Positions 41,223 through 55,439 of a DNA stretch of 64,000 bases are shown one piece after another. Source of the stretch: Eledone cirrhosa. Lineage: Eukaryota. Each line of letters opens with the position of its first letter. Position 1 is the stretch's first letter. Where the stretch lies: the NCBI GenBank assembly GCA_964016885.1, contig OZ024740.1:377146001-377210000 (forward strand), in the 5' to 3' direction. Both the position numbers and the translations under genes were made by a program. The notes beneath the pieces were generated by a model. That model was not told the DNA's origin, searched no databases, and was given only the letters and a program-made list of their open reading frames with translations.

Positions 41223-41985
41223 TTATGGAGGATAAGTATCTGAAAGTGAGTTAAGTTTATATGAGCTGGAAAGCAAGTGTGATTTCATGTGTGGGCAGCT
41301 GGTGAAAATTTCTGTTTTTGCGTTTAGGCAGGTTTTTGGTGATTTAAGGTTCTGTAAAATCCAATATTTTTCACTTATGCAGAGTGTGCATCTTCTTGTT
41401 CCTCTTGCATATTCTTTACATTGGTTCAAAATTGACCAATCCAATTTATATTGGATACCTTGGTCTTTCAAATCCCATATTCTGCTAGCCAGAGCTGTTG
41501 TAAATCTTTTTTCTGGATGTCGGAAAGATGCGACATGTGAGTAATAACGCGTTTTGAATTTGTCTTGTGTCATACCCACATATCGTTCTCTGGTGGCTGG
41601 TAGGTTGTTGCTGATGGTTGTCACTTTAGCCGCATATACAATGGCTTTGGTGTTGCATTTACCTTGTAATGGGCATTCACCTTTGACTCTACAGGAGCAA
41701 TTTTGATGTTCTCTGGGTGTTTTCTTATTGATGATATAATATTTAATAGGGGGACCGCAGGAGTAGCTAATTTTGACACAGTTTCAATTGAAGATTTTAT
41801 AATATCTATGTGTTCTAGGGAAATGTTTATCTAAGAGCTGTAGGAATGTTTTGCCTACATTAGTTTTAACTGCTAAAGAGTAGGGGTGTGTGAACCAGAT
41901 TATTTTTCTTTTCCTATTATTATGTTTAAAGGAGTTAGTATTGTTGGGTATGTACTTAATCGGTTCGCTAAATCCGCTAATATTA
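41223..41985 (-). pseudogene. Hydra-type PLE linker plus GIY-YIG remnant
   Basis: RKRKIIWF..KTNVGKTFLQLLDKHFP..CSCRVKGECPLQGKC..IVYAAKV..YVGMTQDKFKTRYYSH..CTLCISEKYWI..SCPH. Confidence 0.85.
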
Positions 41986-41987
41986 AT

Positions 41988-42111
<124 letters not shown>

Positions 42112-42339
42112 CAGAGAGAGGGGACGGAGAAGTCTTAGGGAGGGATGGGCTCCGTGAAGTTTCAATGCCCACGAAACTTCATACATAACTACGGCGTTCC
42201 TACCACTCCACCAAGATCTAGAGTTTCATACATATATATATATATATAGAGAGGGGGAATGGGGAGGTATTTAACAAGTTAAATATTTAAGTTTTTCTTT
42301 TCCTGAAATGTGTATACATTTGTTTGGCAGACTCTGTAT

Positions 42340-42758
42340 TGACAAGTAAACATTTTGAAATTTAATTTTTAGTGCAAACAATTTGGATTTTTATTTTCAT
42401 ATTTCGACAAAAATTGTCCTTTACAAATTATTTAAACTACTTATTCAGCCCAAAGAGATTTCTAGGAATACAAAATAGTTTTACTGACTCTAACGGCATC
42501 ATGCGATAGCTAAAATAGTGACGTCATCAGACAGCCTTATCAGTTTGGGTTTATCCCCGAGACAGTCAAATTTCGTGGTCTTCTGAGGGAAAGTGAAAAG
42601 AGACAAGAAAAGCGAACAAGGCGAAAGCAGAAATAACAAGTGAATAACTTTATTATTAGCTGTTGTTCTAAGGAAAAAAGCTATTTGTAAATGATAATTT
42701 ATGTCGAAATATCATGTAAAAAATATTGAAATCGAATTTCAAAACATTTTATTTGTCA
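42340..42758. mobile_element. Degenerate MITE/fold-back element with about 90-bp imperfect inverted ends
   Basis: TGACAAGTAAACATTTTGAAATT..ATTTCGACAAAAATTGTCCTTTACAAAT mirrors ATTTGTAAATGATAATTTTATGTCGAAAT..TTTCAAAACATTTTATTTGTCA. Confidence 0.5.
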
Positions 42759-42785
42759 GAATATATATATATATATATATACGTA

Positions 42786-42872
42786 GGTCCCGGGTTGAGT
42801 CGGGGATAACCACAGTAAGTAAGGTACTCAATACATGAATGAAACAGTACTAGTCCTGTAGAAGCTCCTTCT
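42786..42872. mobile_element. Family E fragment: tail joined to inverted HHR 3' half
   Basis: Matches 2909-2953, then GAATGAAACAGTACTAGTCCTGTAGAAGC, the reverse complement of about 2985-3014. Confidence 0.6.
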
Positions 42873-42879
42873 ATACAAT

Positions 42880-42916
<37 letters not shown>

Positions 42917-43260
42917 GACAACGTGCTGTGTAGTTACTAAGAAACGAGTGTTTAGAAATATACGGAAAACACAAACAAAGGACAGATCCCCTCATCAGTT
43001 GTCTACTGTGGGTGTCGGACGTTTCGACGCATCAAAGAAAATACGTCTAACCACAGAGCGTCAATAACTGGAACGTTATTGGGGAAATAAAAGACAGGGA
43101 GACGATGACGAAGAGAAAGAAAATAAATAAACAAGATAAATAGAAGAAAAAAACAGAGAAAACATACCGATAGAGGGCGGGGGCATGAGAAGTAGAACAT
43201 GTATGTACAGTAACCAAAGGAAGAGAGGGGAAGAAGTTAAACAGGCGGGCGTAAGTTCTG

Positions 43261-43317
<57 letters not shown>

Positions 43318-43320
<3 letters not shown>

Positions 43321-43477
43321 CGAAGGAGGTGTGGTAAGGAACCAGATGGACCATAACACACCAGAGTACTCAATGCTTAGGGTAGTAGAGTGGGTAATAG
43401 GAAAATGTTTGACCCCGACGGCAGAGCTCGGTCCAGAAATAGCCGTCGAAACGGCTTCAGCTCTGTCGTCGGAGTCA

Positions 43478-43482
<5 letters not shown>
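43318..43482 (-). mobile_element. Family B fold-back element
   Basis: Reverse-complement tail plus an inverted arm starting GTCCAGAAATAGCCGTCGAAACGG. Confidence 0.8.
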
Positions 43483-43527
<45 letters not shown>

Positions 43528-45224
43528 CTTTATTAAGGCGAGCCTTGTGTCTGGTTATTGTTGAGTTTACCTTGAGTACTGACAGGGTTGTGTGAGAATA
43601 CAGAAAACACTCCAGAGTAACAAGACTCAACCTTGGCCATAATAAAGAATATATTATCCTATTTATGGTATTGAGTACTTATTCTCACGACCATATATGT
43701 ATGCATATGTTTAGATATGTACCCACATGTGAGTGTATATATGTATGTGTGTTTATATATATATATGTTTATATGTATATATATACTCTAGATTCTTTTG
43801 CTAACGCATGCATCCCCTCTTGTAAGCGTATACTTATGTATGACAATAAATAGCCTACTTTTAAGCACACTCCGAAAATATTTACCTTACTATTATTAAC
43901 CTATTATTATTATTTATATTATTATTATCACTACTACTATTATTATTTGAAAGTTCCTTTGAATTCTGCTTCTTTCCCGAATCATGCCGAGTGTCAACCT
44001 GACACCTGAGGCAAAATTTGATAATACACACATTTTACAATCAATTGTCATTCAAATGATGCCACAAGAGCACAAACAGTAAATGTCTTTCCAAGGTTTT
44101 TAAATTGATAATGCGCATCTCAGGACATGGAGAGTGCCAGTCAACACTATTTTATGTATCTCTTGCAGAGGTGGCGTGCTGTCTTGTTGCAAATGTGATA
44201 TACAAATTAAAATGAAGAATTAGAAATAGGACTATCCATCATCAGTGATCTACTAGCCATCATAGGTATTTCTTCGCATTAAAGACCAGATACCTCAGGC
44301 TAGCGCGAACAATAACTAAAATAAGTTATTGGGATAATATATATATATTTTTGTACACGCACACTCTAATTTCCAAGTTGACACGCAATTTAAAAGAAAA
44401 ACACAGCCGACCTTTCGATTAATATGCATACGTATATATACATTCAATTGTCCCCGTAGTAGTATATCGGTTTAAATCTATGAGTACTCATGACAGTTAA
44501 TGCATGTATCAGAGTTAGAGTGTGAGAAATGTGCGCATGCGTTTAAATGTTTAGATATGCTCGTCACACGCGCCTATGTCAACTAAAAACAATATTAGTG
44601 TTGACACACTGAAATTGATAGAAAATGCTCTGTAATGTCAGTTACAAGTGAAAGTCGATGGAAATAGAAGTAGTAACTGATACCACATCATTAACTTCAC
44701 ATTAGTTCCTTTGGTGTCTACAATTACTAAATATACTCAATTTATCTGCATTATTTAGAACTAAATTACTCTAAAATCTCTTAGGCTAAATGATGTGATA
44801 GTGTGACAGAATAATAATATTTTAAAGTTTGGAACATAAAACCTTATGAGAGTGCTTAATGGTGCAATACAAACAAACACATTATATCTAATGATACAAT
44901 ACTTCCAAATTGTATACATAATGATGTTTTTGTTTTCCAAATAGTTTACTTTAATGAAGAGCCAGTGGCAGATGTTTTCTTGATATCAACACGTTTCAAT
45001 AATCTCATTAAACGAAGTTCACGTCTGCTACTGACCTTGAGAAAAATACGAACATCAGTCTAGTAGTAGCCTCACTCGCAAACATCTACCTCATCAAAAA
45101 TAAGCCAATATTTTTTTATTGTTTTATTTTACTTTTTGTTTTGTGGGTGTTTTGATGAATTAAATTAGAAGCCTGGGTAAGATTGCTAGGTAGGAATCAT
45201 TGAGAAAAAGATAATATCACCATT

Positions 45225-45415
45225 CATATTGATTTCCACTTCAGACACATGGCCAGCAAATTTGAGAGAAGGGCAAAGTTGATTAAATCAACCCCAGTAC
45301 ATGACTGGCATTTTATTTTACCTACCCCGGAAGGATGAAAGTCAAAGTTAATCTCGGCGGGATCTGAATGTAAAGAGCAGAACAAATACTTCAATGATAT
45401 TTTATCCAAGGCTCT
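45225..45415 (-). mobile_element. tRNA-derived SINE
   Basis: CCCCGGAAGGATGAAAG..AATCTCGGCGGGATCTGAA; homologous to 63659-63878. Confidence 0.7.
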
Positions 45416-46254
45416 ACTAACTCACAACTCTTAGCGTCACAATTCTGATAGTGTATTTGTTATTGTTTCTACCATGACAGAAACGTTAGAATGCAACGAA
45501 TATACAGGAATATGAGCCTACATTATAATAAATATTATCGTGCTGTCACTGCACACCTACATAAACCCAGCTGTAGATGATTATTGATCTTGATCATGAA
45601 CTAAACCGGATGCATTTCACGGATTGTGAACTGTCGAATCCTCAACTATTCGCTTCCAATTCAGTATCGATTTGCTTATCTACAGTTTTCAACTTCACAA
45701 TATAAAATTATTTCTATGTACTTGAAATTGAAAATTGAATGCCGATTTAATATCAACTCACTATAAAATTATGGCTCATGCCAAAGATATTCTTGCTACG
45801 TTTGATATGATTCTACTGGGAACCTCATCTTCCATTTGTTTTCATTCGCAATACTTAAAATACTCATCACGAACAATTACGGTATTTTTTAGCTACCAAG
45901 GAACCTTAATTATGTTTTCCGGCAGAAACCATTTTCTTATAGTCTCATTTAGCCATCATATTATTCGGGGAATTTTTCGTTAAACCATTTTCAAGAGTTT
46001 TTTTTTAATTTCCAATAAATTATGCGAAAATAATTGTATTTTTCAGCTTTGGTTTTTAATATTCTATCGAATGATAAAATAATGAGGTTGAATTATTCTG
46101 GTTTTAAAGATTTAAATTGGGAAACCATAACAGTAATATTTAACACTGTATATGAAGTATATACATATATCAATATTGTTGCCTCGAACATCAAGTGTGA
46201 GTGTAATTGAAATTCATAGGAATGATTTGAAAAGTCGAACGCAAGGAATAACTG

Positions 46255-46830
46255 TTAAAACAGACGAATGCCGTCAATGACAACAGCATGTAAGTCGGGT
46301 AAAATTAGCCCTAAGGACAGAATTCGGTGGCCAGTAGTTGATAAAGAGAAAAATAAAGTTGTGAGATATGCGACAGGTAGTAGAATTCCAAAATCTCCAC
46401 TAAATGTGGAGGGCGGGACATTTTCCAACATTAAATTGCACGTTATTGACATCGACTCATTTTTGTATTGGTTATAAATCTTGCTAGGTTTATGTAAAAT
46501 CATCGGATTTCATGGTTACCCGTCATACTTTCGTATCTTCAGCATAGTTAGTGAGAGTGGCTGTCTAATCGATTGCATATCTGAGAAGCACACTACAAAG
46601 GACAGTGGCTATAAAGGAGTTTTTTTAGGAACTCCACTCCCTATTAATATTTTCTTTGACAGGGCCTCATTGGCTACAACTGCAACACCTCTGCCAATTA
46701 TAAAGTCATGTAATCACTCACCTAGTTTTCCAACTATGCCGAGAGAATGCAAATTTGCGACATGTCATTCCATAATCAATTTCATCGAAGCCCTTTGAAA
46801 AGACGAGATATATCACATCCGGGTTTGGGT
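46255..46830 (-). pseudogene. CR1/L2-group LINE reverse transcriptase fragment
   Basis: Decayed DVIYLVFSKGFDEIDYG..LGIVGKLG..SGVPKKTPL*PLSF..YAEDTKV, i.e. the DFSKAFD, SGVPQG and YADD motifs. Confidence 0.7.
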
Positions 46831-47024
46831 GGTTTACAACCTGATTCAACACCTAGTCATAGTTCAGTAAAAGTGTGAAACAGTTTCTTCTTGGACGAAG
46901 ATAGATATAGATAACTGTGTATATATACATACATCTCTACATTCACGCGCACACACACACATATATATATATAGAGAGAAAGCTGCATATACTCTATCAA
47001 TGTATTCAGTACCTTTTTTAATTG

Positions 47025-47372
47025 GAAGATGCTATGTAACCGGTCCCGGTAAAATAGGCACCCAAGCTATGTAGCCGGTAAGAAATTAAAATCATTCGTC
47101 CATTCGTAGCGTACGTTTTACTTTAGTTACATACACAAACATCTATACGTAAATACATAAACAGATACATACAACAGAAGTGGAACCCCCCCCCCCCCCC
47201 CCTTACACACACACATATCTACTCATACATATTCATAAATAGAGAAATTTTACAAATTAAGTGTTACATACACACACATTTATGAATGATTGAGAAAGAA
47301 AGGGACTGGTGAAACACTATAGCAATATGTGTGTTGCGTCCCTTTAGGTTTTACCGGCTACATAGCCTCTTC
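47025..47372. mobile_element. MITE-like element with about 20-bp inverted termini
   Basis: GAAGATGCTATGTAACCGG (internal repeat GCTATGTAGCCGGTAA) mirrors TTTTACCGGCTACATAGCCTCTTC. Confidence 0.55.
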
Positions 47373-47443
47373 GTTTTTAATTGTGGTTACACCTGACGCC
47401 CGGCACTGCTAGGGATCTACATATATATATATATGTATGTGTG

Positions 47444-47521
<78 letters not shown>

Positions 47522-47597
47522 GTATATATGTATATATATATATATGTAATACATATATATATATATATGTATGTGTGTGTATATATATATATGTAAT

Positions 47598-47627
<30 letters not shown>

Positions 47628-47628
<1 letters not shown>

Positions 47629-47767
47629 GGAAAATGTATGACTCCGTCAAAACGGCTTGAGCTCTGCCGTCGAGGTCATATATTTTCCTATTACCCACTC
47701 TACTACCTTAGGTATTGAGTACTCTGGTGCGTTATGGTCCATCTGGTTGCTTACCACACCTCCTTCG

Positions 47768-47805
<38 letters not shown>

Positions 47806-47903
47806 CAAAGAAGGTGTGGTAAGATACCAGGTGGACCATAACGCGTTCGGATCCAGCTGTCGAAACGGCCGGAGCTCAGTCGTCGGGGTACTGACTCTTT
47901 TCC
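47628..47903. mobile_element. Two family B copies tail-to-tail around a TA tract
   Basis: Plus tail ending CCTTCGTTA at 47770, (TA)n, then a minus tail and an inverted arm. Confidence 0.75.
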
Positions 47904-47967
<64 letters not shown>

Positions 47968-48084
47968 TTTCCCCCCTTTTTCCCTCCTTTTAATTTGTTT
48001 TCCTTCCTTTTAACCCCCCCCCCTTGTTAATGTCTTTCCACCACTCCCCCTCACACCCTCGGAACACTTTTCCTTCCCACTTTT

Positions 48085-48118
48085 CTCCTGATGAAGGGCT
48101 TATGCTCGAAACGTCGTC
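48085..48118 (+). ncRNA. Hammerhead core, family G (stem I not evident), in pseudo-LTR remnant 47965-48205
   Basis: CTGATGA-A-GGGC-TTAT-GCTC-GAAA-CG-TC; homologue at 56395-56428. Confidence 0.6.
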
Positions 48119-49002
48119 CCCCACCCTCACTCTCAAGCGTGAACCTAATACCACACTGTTCGTACTGCACTCTTTGTTATTGTTTTTGATTTTTTGTTTT
48201 ATACTTATATATATATATATAAAGAAAGAGGGGGGGGGTGAGCGGTAGATACACAGACATAGTCTAGTAGGTAGGTAAGCAGTTAGGTAGAATGATAAAT
48301 AACATTTCAAGATGAACATTGTAAAAAATAACCAGGTGCATCTGCATTGAATCGGATGTACTTTGAATATAAAAGAATGGAGAACTAAATACACTAAGTG
48401 AAAAGCCCATCGAAAGCTGAATTCTGCTGATATCACTTAGGAGCACATGGTGTAACAAAAGAAATTTATTTTTGAACTTTTAGCGTATCTGTTTGTAAGG
48501 TGTTTGATCTCCTTAGACATTCTCAGTTGTTGTGATGCCTGCTCCTTCTTCTACTATTTTTCTTGCTTTTTATTATTGTTATTGTTGTCGCCAATAAATA
48601 ACGTGAGAAAAATTGGGTAAAATCAGTGAATTGGTGTATGAATATTTACTGAAGTTCTTAACTGGATGTTTCAGCTGTTCTGAAAATGATAGTGTGTACT
48701 GATGCTCCTTCCCTAGCATGCAGATTGATAATATTTCTGTGTTTGCTATATTTTTGCCTTTTTAAAAAAAAAAGAGAGGGTGTTTGTGCGTGTATATGAG
48801 TTTCTATATAGTAAGGTAAGTACCTATATCTAATACAATTCTAAATCAATGGATTCAACTATTGGTTTGCAAAGCCTACATACACACATACAGACAAACA
48901 CTCATACACACAAGTACAGCGCCACAGTTAAACTTAATTTAATATGATTATCAAAATACATTTTTAATATCTGTCGACTAAAACAAAAGCCAACAACCTA
49001 AG

Positions 49003-49376
49003 CATTATGAGGCGGCAGATAGCATTGAGGGCGGGATCTAGCTTCTAGACATAGACAGCTTGCTCCCGTACTGGGCATGCATACTCGACAGGTGAATAGC
49101 AGAGAGCTAGTGCAGTTGACTTCAGAGTCTGTGGGTTTGCACCCCATGTTGTACCAGTGAGCTTGTGGATGATGTTGTTCCTCGCATTCACTTTGCATTT
49201 GGTCTTCTTATTAGGATATTAAAAGAGAGACACCTGTCCAGGGTTACACCTAGATAGACTGGGTGCTCACAGCGTTCAAGGGGGATGTCTGACCAGTTGA
49301 CTTTCAGTTGGCGCTTGGCTTCACGGTCTCGCGGGAGGAAGGCACACACCTGCGTCTTGGATGAATTTGCACGCAT
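49003..49376 (-). pseudogene. Ingi/Vingi-like non-LTR RT C-terminal fragment
   Basis: NSSKTQVCAF..EHPVYLGVTLDRCLSF / KTKCKVNARNNIIHKLTGTTWGANPQTLKSTALALCYSPVEYACPV..KLDPALNAICRLI. Confidence 0.75.
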
Positions 49377-50199
49377 GATATGCTAAAGCAGAGAGTTTGA
49401 GTTAGAATTAGGGGTGTATTAAAATATATTATAGGCATATTCCTTGGAAAGGGTAGGATATACTAGTTGTTGTTGTTGCTTTTACTACTGCTGTTTAGAC
49501 TCATGTCAGCTTTTGACCGTGCAAACCTACGATCAAGAGGTCTAACAGTGCCCATCACATATTTTGTCATAGTTGCATCTTATCAATGTGTCCTATGATT
49601 GATGGATATTTAGTGTTAGTTAGTACAGGTTGAGCTGTTCCACTGCTTCACCCTCTTGTGGTTTGTGCATTAGTAACATGGGTATTTAAGAAACATGTAG
49701 TTCACACTCTCCTCTTTGTGAATAAAATAATAAAATAAAAACCAAATGAACCAAGCAAAGTACAACATAATATATGAAATGGGCTGTAATAAGATATGTC
49801 ATTTTAAACGTTACAGTTCAATCTACCATAAGCTTTCAGTTGATTTTAGCCATGTACTTATATCCAACCTTTATTGACAGGAAAAATGACCTTATTCAGA
49901 AGCCATCGCTACTACCTAAACATATGACAAGTTGAATATATACTTATCAACGATGTCTTATTTAGACAAAATTGAATTACTACTTTGTAAGAAAATATGT
50001 ATCTTAATGACATCAGAAACTGACAAACAGAATCAGAATGATCGGATGTAATTTCTTTGTAGAGTGTTTATAAACACTTCATTTGCTAATGGATCTGCAT
50101 GGATGCTATTGTTGTTACTTAGTTCCACGTTAGCAAATATTTTTATTCAAGCAGAGTAAACATTACGTCTTTGAAATTTATTGGGAATATCTAAAAATA

Positions 50200-50392
50200 A
50201 TGATTTCTGACATTGGTACAAAGCCAGCAGTTTGGTGGGGTGGGGTGAGTCGAGTAAATCAACCACAGTACTTGATAGTTACTTTAACCCCCGGAAAGAA
50301 GATGGCGGGATTTGAAACGAGCGTTAAAAGCCGTAACGAAATACTGCAATGCATTTCATCCGATGCACTAACAACTCGACCAAACCACCGCG
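50200..50392 (-). mobile_element. Degenerate tRNA-derived SINE
   Basis: GGCGGGATTTGAA B-box region and ACAAAGCCAGCAG tail, as in other copies. Confidence 0.55.
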
Positions 50393-52792
50393 CTCAGGAA
50401 ATATCTAAAATATTGAAAACTAAAAATATGTCACATGTGGAATTTAAATATAAATATTAAGATCTTGTTATATATTGTGTTCATTATGAATCTAATATTT
50501 CCAATTTCATGTATCAAAATACTAAAACCATTGAGCTACAAATGAAAATAAAGTGGCTGTTAAAATTCTCCGAATATAGAATTAAATCTTTTTGTGTTGC
50601 ATTCCATTATACATTCTGATATTATTCACTTCACAACCAATTCTATTTCAAATTAATTAATGTTTTCAACAATCCCCTTTCCTCTTCCAATGAAGCCATG
50701 GCAAATACGTTTTGCATTGAAAGAACATGTTACTGTGATCCCTATAGTGATCTTATAAGAATTAAGTAAATATAACAAAGTATTTTCTAATATTACTGAT
50801 AACCAGTTAAAATCATGATGTTTCGATATAGTTAGAGAGCGGTTATCCAAGCAAGTCGATTAGATATAAAACATACGGCTGATACAATTAGAGGCTAGTA
50901 TCTTGTCTCTTGAACTGTATTGTATCACATAAATCTAAACTTCTTACTGTCTAATTCTACTTACGTAGTGTAGAGTAGTTTACTCACCATTGTGGAATCA
51001 GACAAAATCTATTGGCGATGCAAAATCGATATATTTGCCACTCCTTAAATATTTAGTAACTACAGATAAACACTGGGTTAATTGAATCTTGTGACTCAGC
51101 AAAAGACTATAGCCGATTAAATCGTTTCCTGATACAGGTTTTATTAATTCCGTAGAGTTGATAAAAGATTATTAAATGTCTGGAAGTTCTACCAATTGGC
51201 TGTTCTGAAAATTACTATCGTAACTACATATGAGAAGGCATTTTAGATGAAACAATTGTTTTCTCATTATACTTTCCTTTATTCCTTCTATTACGCCTAC
51301 CAAACAACTTCTAATGTATATCTCCTATTTACTGAGTACCTAGACTGTACACTATTGAATATAACTTCAACTAAGATTATATATCTAACTTATTTTCAAC
51401 ATGTTAGTAGTTTATTTAATACTTTTTAGTATTTGCTTGACTTGTAATATAAGTTTCTAATTTTGTCATAAAACCATGGACTTGATGAGGGTGTTGTCGT
51501 CTATAAAATGACCCTCTACTTAGCTGATTTTATTTTATTGGTCCCGGAAGAGTGTTAAACAAATTCGCTCTCACTATTATTTAACTTAGAATGTATGCAA
51601 CTAAATATTGCTGGAAAGTTGAAAAGCAAAATTGACCTCAGCAGGGTCTAAATTTGCAACGTAAAGAGTCATAACTAACTGCAAAATATTAAGTCTGTCA
51701 TTCAATAGTTTCTGTCTATCTGCCTCCCTACAACAGCTTATATTAGCCACAAAACCTTAGTAATTGAGAAATGCATTAGGAAATGCATGGAAATCAATGA
51801 TATAATAGTTATGCGGCTATTTTACTTTTCATTTGCAAATAAAATTATAGAACTTTGTTGCTTCTTTTTGAAGTGAATACACTCTAAAATGATATGTTAA
51901 AAGTAATGTTCCAGCTTTGATATATTATGAATATGTATTAATAAAATATGTATTAAATATGTATTATGATGTATTATGAATATGTATTAAATATTATTAA
52001 ATATGTATTATGAATATGTATTAATAAAATGTCCATCATATTACTATTAATCGTTTCTGAAATGAGATATATCCAAATCAATGGACTTAATATTCTAGAC
52101 ATTAAAATAGATTTGTTTTTGTATCAAGCTACATGGAGCATTTATTTTACATAAAAATACAAACATAGAAATAAAATTACACATATAAAGTACATTTAGG
52201 AAATGCATGGTCAGACATCCTTCCCTCAACAAAAAAGAATTCAGAAACATATACTATATTATAGAACACTACTACAGATCCATCCTAGGAAGAAAACCCA
52301 CATATATTTCACATTAGAAAGTCAATGTAGCAGTGAAGATAAGGTTTTTATTTAATTGTTAATATTTCAATAGTTTAAGTTAACGACGCCTATTTCGTTG
52401 TGCACCTGAGTAGTGCATGTAACTATGCATATTTCACTTCAGGAAAATAGTTATTATATGTTCTGGGTACATGTTTAGGTTTATACCTACTGGAATTAAA
52501 AAAAAAAACAAAGGATGAGTTCAAATAAAATCATTTCCAAGAAAATATCCGCCTACCCATCATGATATAGAGCTATGTTTCAAATCATGGTTGATTTCAG
52601 TTTATACTTGACATTAATAAAATTTCCAGATGGCCAACCTAAATTGCGATTCCTGAGTCGATATTGTAAATAATCATCCGTTTGTAACCAAAGATACGCC
52701 GTAACCTTATCTAAGACACTTGGCTCTCAATCAGCTCAGTTCACATCGTCCTAAATAGTTAAAAAGAGGGTTGAGAAACTCATAATTTAAAG

Positions 52793-53070
52793 CAGGCATG
52801 GGCAACCATTTTCGAAAAGCGGGCCGCATGAGATATGGTTCATCTCAGGCGGGCCGCAAGCGCTAATTTACATTCGTGCCCACATTTAAAAAATGGCGGT
52901 AACTCGGGTTGTTTTGATTTGTTTCTTCAGAATTCGTACACGTTGTTTTCCTCGATCGTAAAAATGATAGAGAGATAAATTACGACTGAAAAGTTGGGGT
53001 AAAAAAATCACTTAGGTGACTTAGGCGAGCCATTCAGAAAGTTTCAGGGTCCGCAGGTTGACCATGACTG
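52793..53070. mobile_element. hAT (Charlie-like) MITE
   Basis: TIRs CAGGCATGGGCAAC / GTTGACCATGACTG; perfect 8-bp TSD ATTTAAAG at 52785-52792 and 53071-53078; internal GCGGGCCGCA repeats. Confidence 0.9.
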
Positions 53071-53624
53071 ATTTAAAGGATCATCATCCCTCAAAATTCG
53101 ACGCTTCGTTAACTTACGATACACGGTTCAACATTATATGTCCGTAATGAAACTGACTTAACCTTACATTTAAAAAAGAGGGTGTTTTCTACTTCTATTC
53201 GTTTCCCATATTTAGTAACCTTAGTGTAGTATAAGCCAAAAAGCGAAGCCTACTAAAAATAGCAATTAACCATTCCTCAAATCACACTCTACCAAAAATG
53301 ACTCAATGTATTAATAGATACAATATATCTGAAATCAAAACGGCATAATCCATACTTGATCAAGGCTCGCCTGGACTACACAGCACCAACAATAACTATC
53401 TGGCCTTTTCAAATATACAAATTTGTATATGAATATTGTACATCTCCGACTCGTATGTTACAGCTAGATACCAGCTAAGTAGAATATTTATATTAAAGTT
53501 AATTTCATTCGGAAATAATGATATATTAGAGGCATTTAGATAGTAGTACTTTCAACTGTTTGAGGCAATAATATTTCTACCAATTTCCAGCTGCCTATCT
53601 GCTCTTGATTATTTCAGAAAAAAG

Positions 53625-53815
53625 GGCGGTAGATTGGCAGTATCGGTAGCGAGTCGGACACCATGCTTTCCAGCATAGTTACGTCCCTTTACGATCTGAG
53701 TTCAAATCCCGCCGAGGTTGACTTAGCCTTTCATCCTTACGAGGTCGATAAAATAAAGTACCAGTAATGCACTGGGTAATTGCTGGCCGTGTGCCTAAAG
53801 TAGAAACAATTATTT
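53625..53815 (+). mobile_element. tRNA-derived SINE
   Basis: A-box-like TGGCAGTATCGG, B-box GAGTTCAAATCC, then GCCTTTCATCCTTACGAGGTCGATAAAATAAAGTACCAG. Confidence 0.85.
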
Positions 53816-54279
53816 CAGAAATAAATATGTTTATGTTTATATTTGCAATGCAGTAAAAATTACTGCAGTACGAATGCTATATTAATGCTATATTAATGTT
53901 GTTGGAGGACTAGAATACATTATGTATCTCTTATTTAAAGAAACCCCAAAAGATATAATAGATATAAAAAATGAAATTCCTACTAGTGTTTAAAATTTAC
54001 ACAAGTTTGTGTGCAAGGAAAGTTGCGCTTCCACTGACTTAAAGAAGATTAATATGAACGGAGGTCAAGTGCCGTTCTTAAGCGCGCAACCCCCCCTCCT
54101 CCCATATATATATATACCTAATATATTCCTTCCATATAGTGTACCGATTGTGTTATTTCTGTTCACCTTTTACATAAATATACATATATTATTACCTTTT
54201 ATCATCTTTTACATAAATATATATATATATTATTCAAAATATTAATAAATAAAAAATATTCTCATAACCAAGATATATA

Positions 54280-54338
54280 TTTTATTATACATATTTCAAA
54301 GGTACAATGGTGTTTAAGTACGTTTTCATCAGATAAAA
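54280..54338 (-). ncRNA. Type I hammerhead ribozyme (family F-like)
   Basis: TTTTAT-CTGATGA-AAAC-GTAC..GTAC-CTTT-GAAA-TATGTA-TA-ATAAAA. Confidence 0.65.
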
Positions 54339-54457
54339 TATATGAGAGATTGGATATGCGAAATACCGCTACGGTTTTGATTATTCAATCCAGTCGAGTG
54401 TTTCTAATCTATAGTAAAATTGTATTCGTTGAATAATCAACGAACCATATAAACTTT

Positions 54458-54524
<67 letters not shown>

Positions 54525-54531
<7 letters not shown>

Positions 54532-55089
54532 TAACAGATTAACGTTTAAGCAAAGAATCGCTGCTTTCACCCTTAACGGGATCTTCTGAAACTAACAAAG
54601 TCAATCTGTAAACGCAGAAGTGGATATTTCAAAAAACGTTGCAACTGGAGGCAGACAGGAAGACGATACTTTGGTTCGTGTACACGTCAGGAGTTTTAGG
54701 TATGTTTTCCTGCTATGTTCTTTGTAAAAATATTCAGATGTTGTTTCTGCATGATGAATATAAATCAATAGAGTGCTCAACCGAGGGAGCCAAATAGTAA
54801 TAATAATAAATTTGAAGACTAAAATCCAAAGAGGGCTCGATAAGGATAAATATATATCAAATATATAAGAACCGTAGAGCAAATATTTATTAAAATAACA
54901 GATTAAAGTTTAAGCAAAGAATCGCTGCTTTCACCCTTAACGGGATCTTAAAGGGTGAAAGCAGCGATTCTTTGCTTAAACTTTAATCTGTTATGTTAAT
55001 AAATATTTACTCTACGGTTCTTATATATTTGATATATATTTATCCTTATCGAGCTCTCTTTGGATTTTAGTCTTCAAATTTATTATTAT

Positions 55090-55093
<4 letters not shown>
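54525..55093 (-). mobile_element. Non-coding HHR element H: 364-nt tandem monomer plus inverted arm
   Basis: AAGCAAAGAATCGC at 54548 and 54912; 54951-55093 is an inverted copy of about 54794-54939; (TA)n flanks. Confidence 0.8.
54544..54592 (-). ncRNA. Hammerhead with U4A core CAGAAGA
   Basis: GTTT-CAGAAGA-T-CCC-GTTAA-GGG-T-GAAA-GCAG..TTGC-TT-AAAC. Confidence 0.7.
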
Positions 55094-55129
<36 letters not shown>

Positions 55130-55439
55130 CGTGTGCGTTATATTTAAAACACGATTGTGTTCCTGTTTGATTTCCTACCACTCCCATGACCATATTGACC
55201 ACTGCTCAGAGCGCCACTAGTGTAACCATTCTGATTCTGAAGATGGAGCCGTGACATTTTCGAAACCTTAATACACACATGGTTTTAAGAACGCTACTGC
55301 TCCAAACTACTCTTAATGAAATAAGAGGAAAATCCTAAAAATTCTTCATGAGAATGATAAAACTCAATATAATCTGCTTAAAAGATAAGTTTTTCCGTAT
55401 GTATATAATATATGGAGAGGCAGGATACAAGCCTGGGCG

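Noticed and set aside
42981-43065. Minus-strand HHR-like GACGTAT..ATGCGTC-GAAA-CG-TC and a separate CTGATGA
   Set aside because: The core reads CTGTGGTTA and stem I does not pair; probably a decayed pseudo-LTR but too degenerate to call
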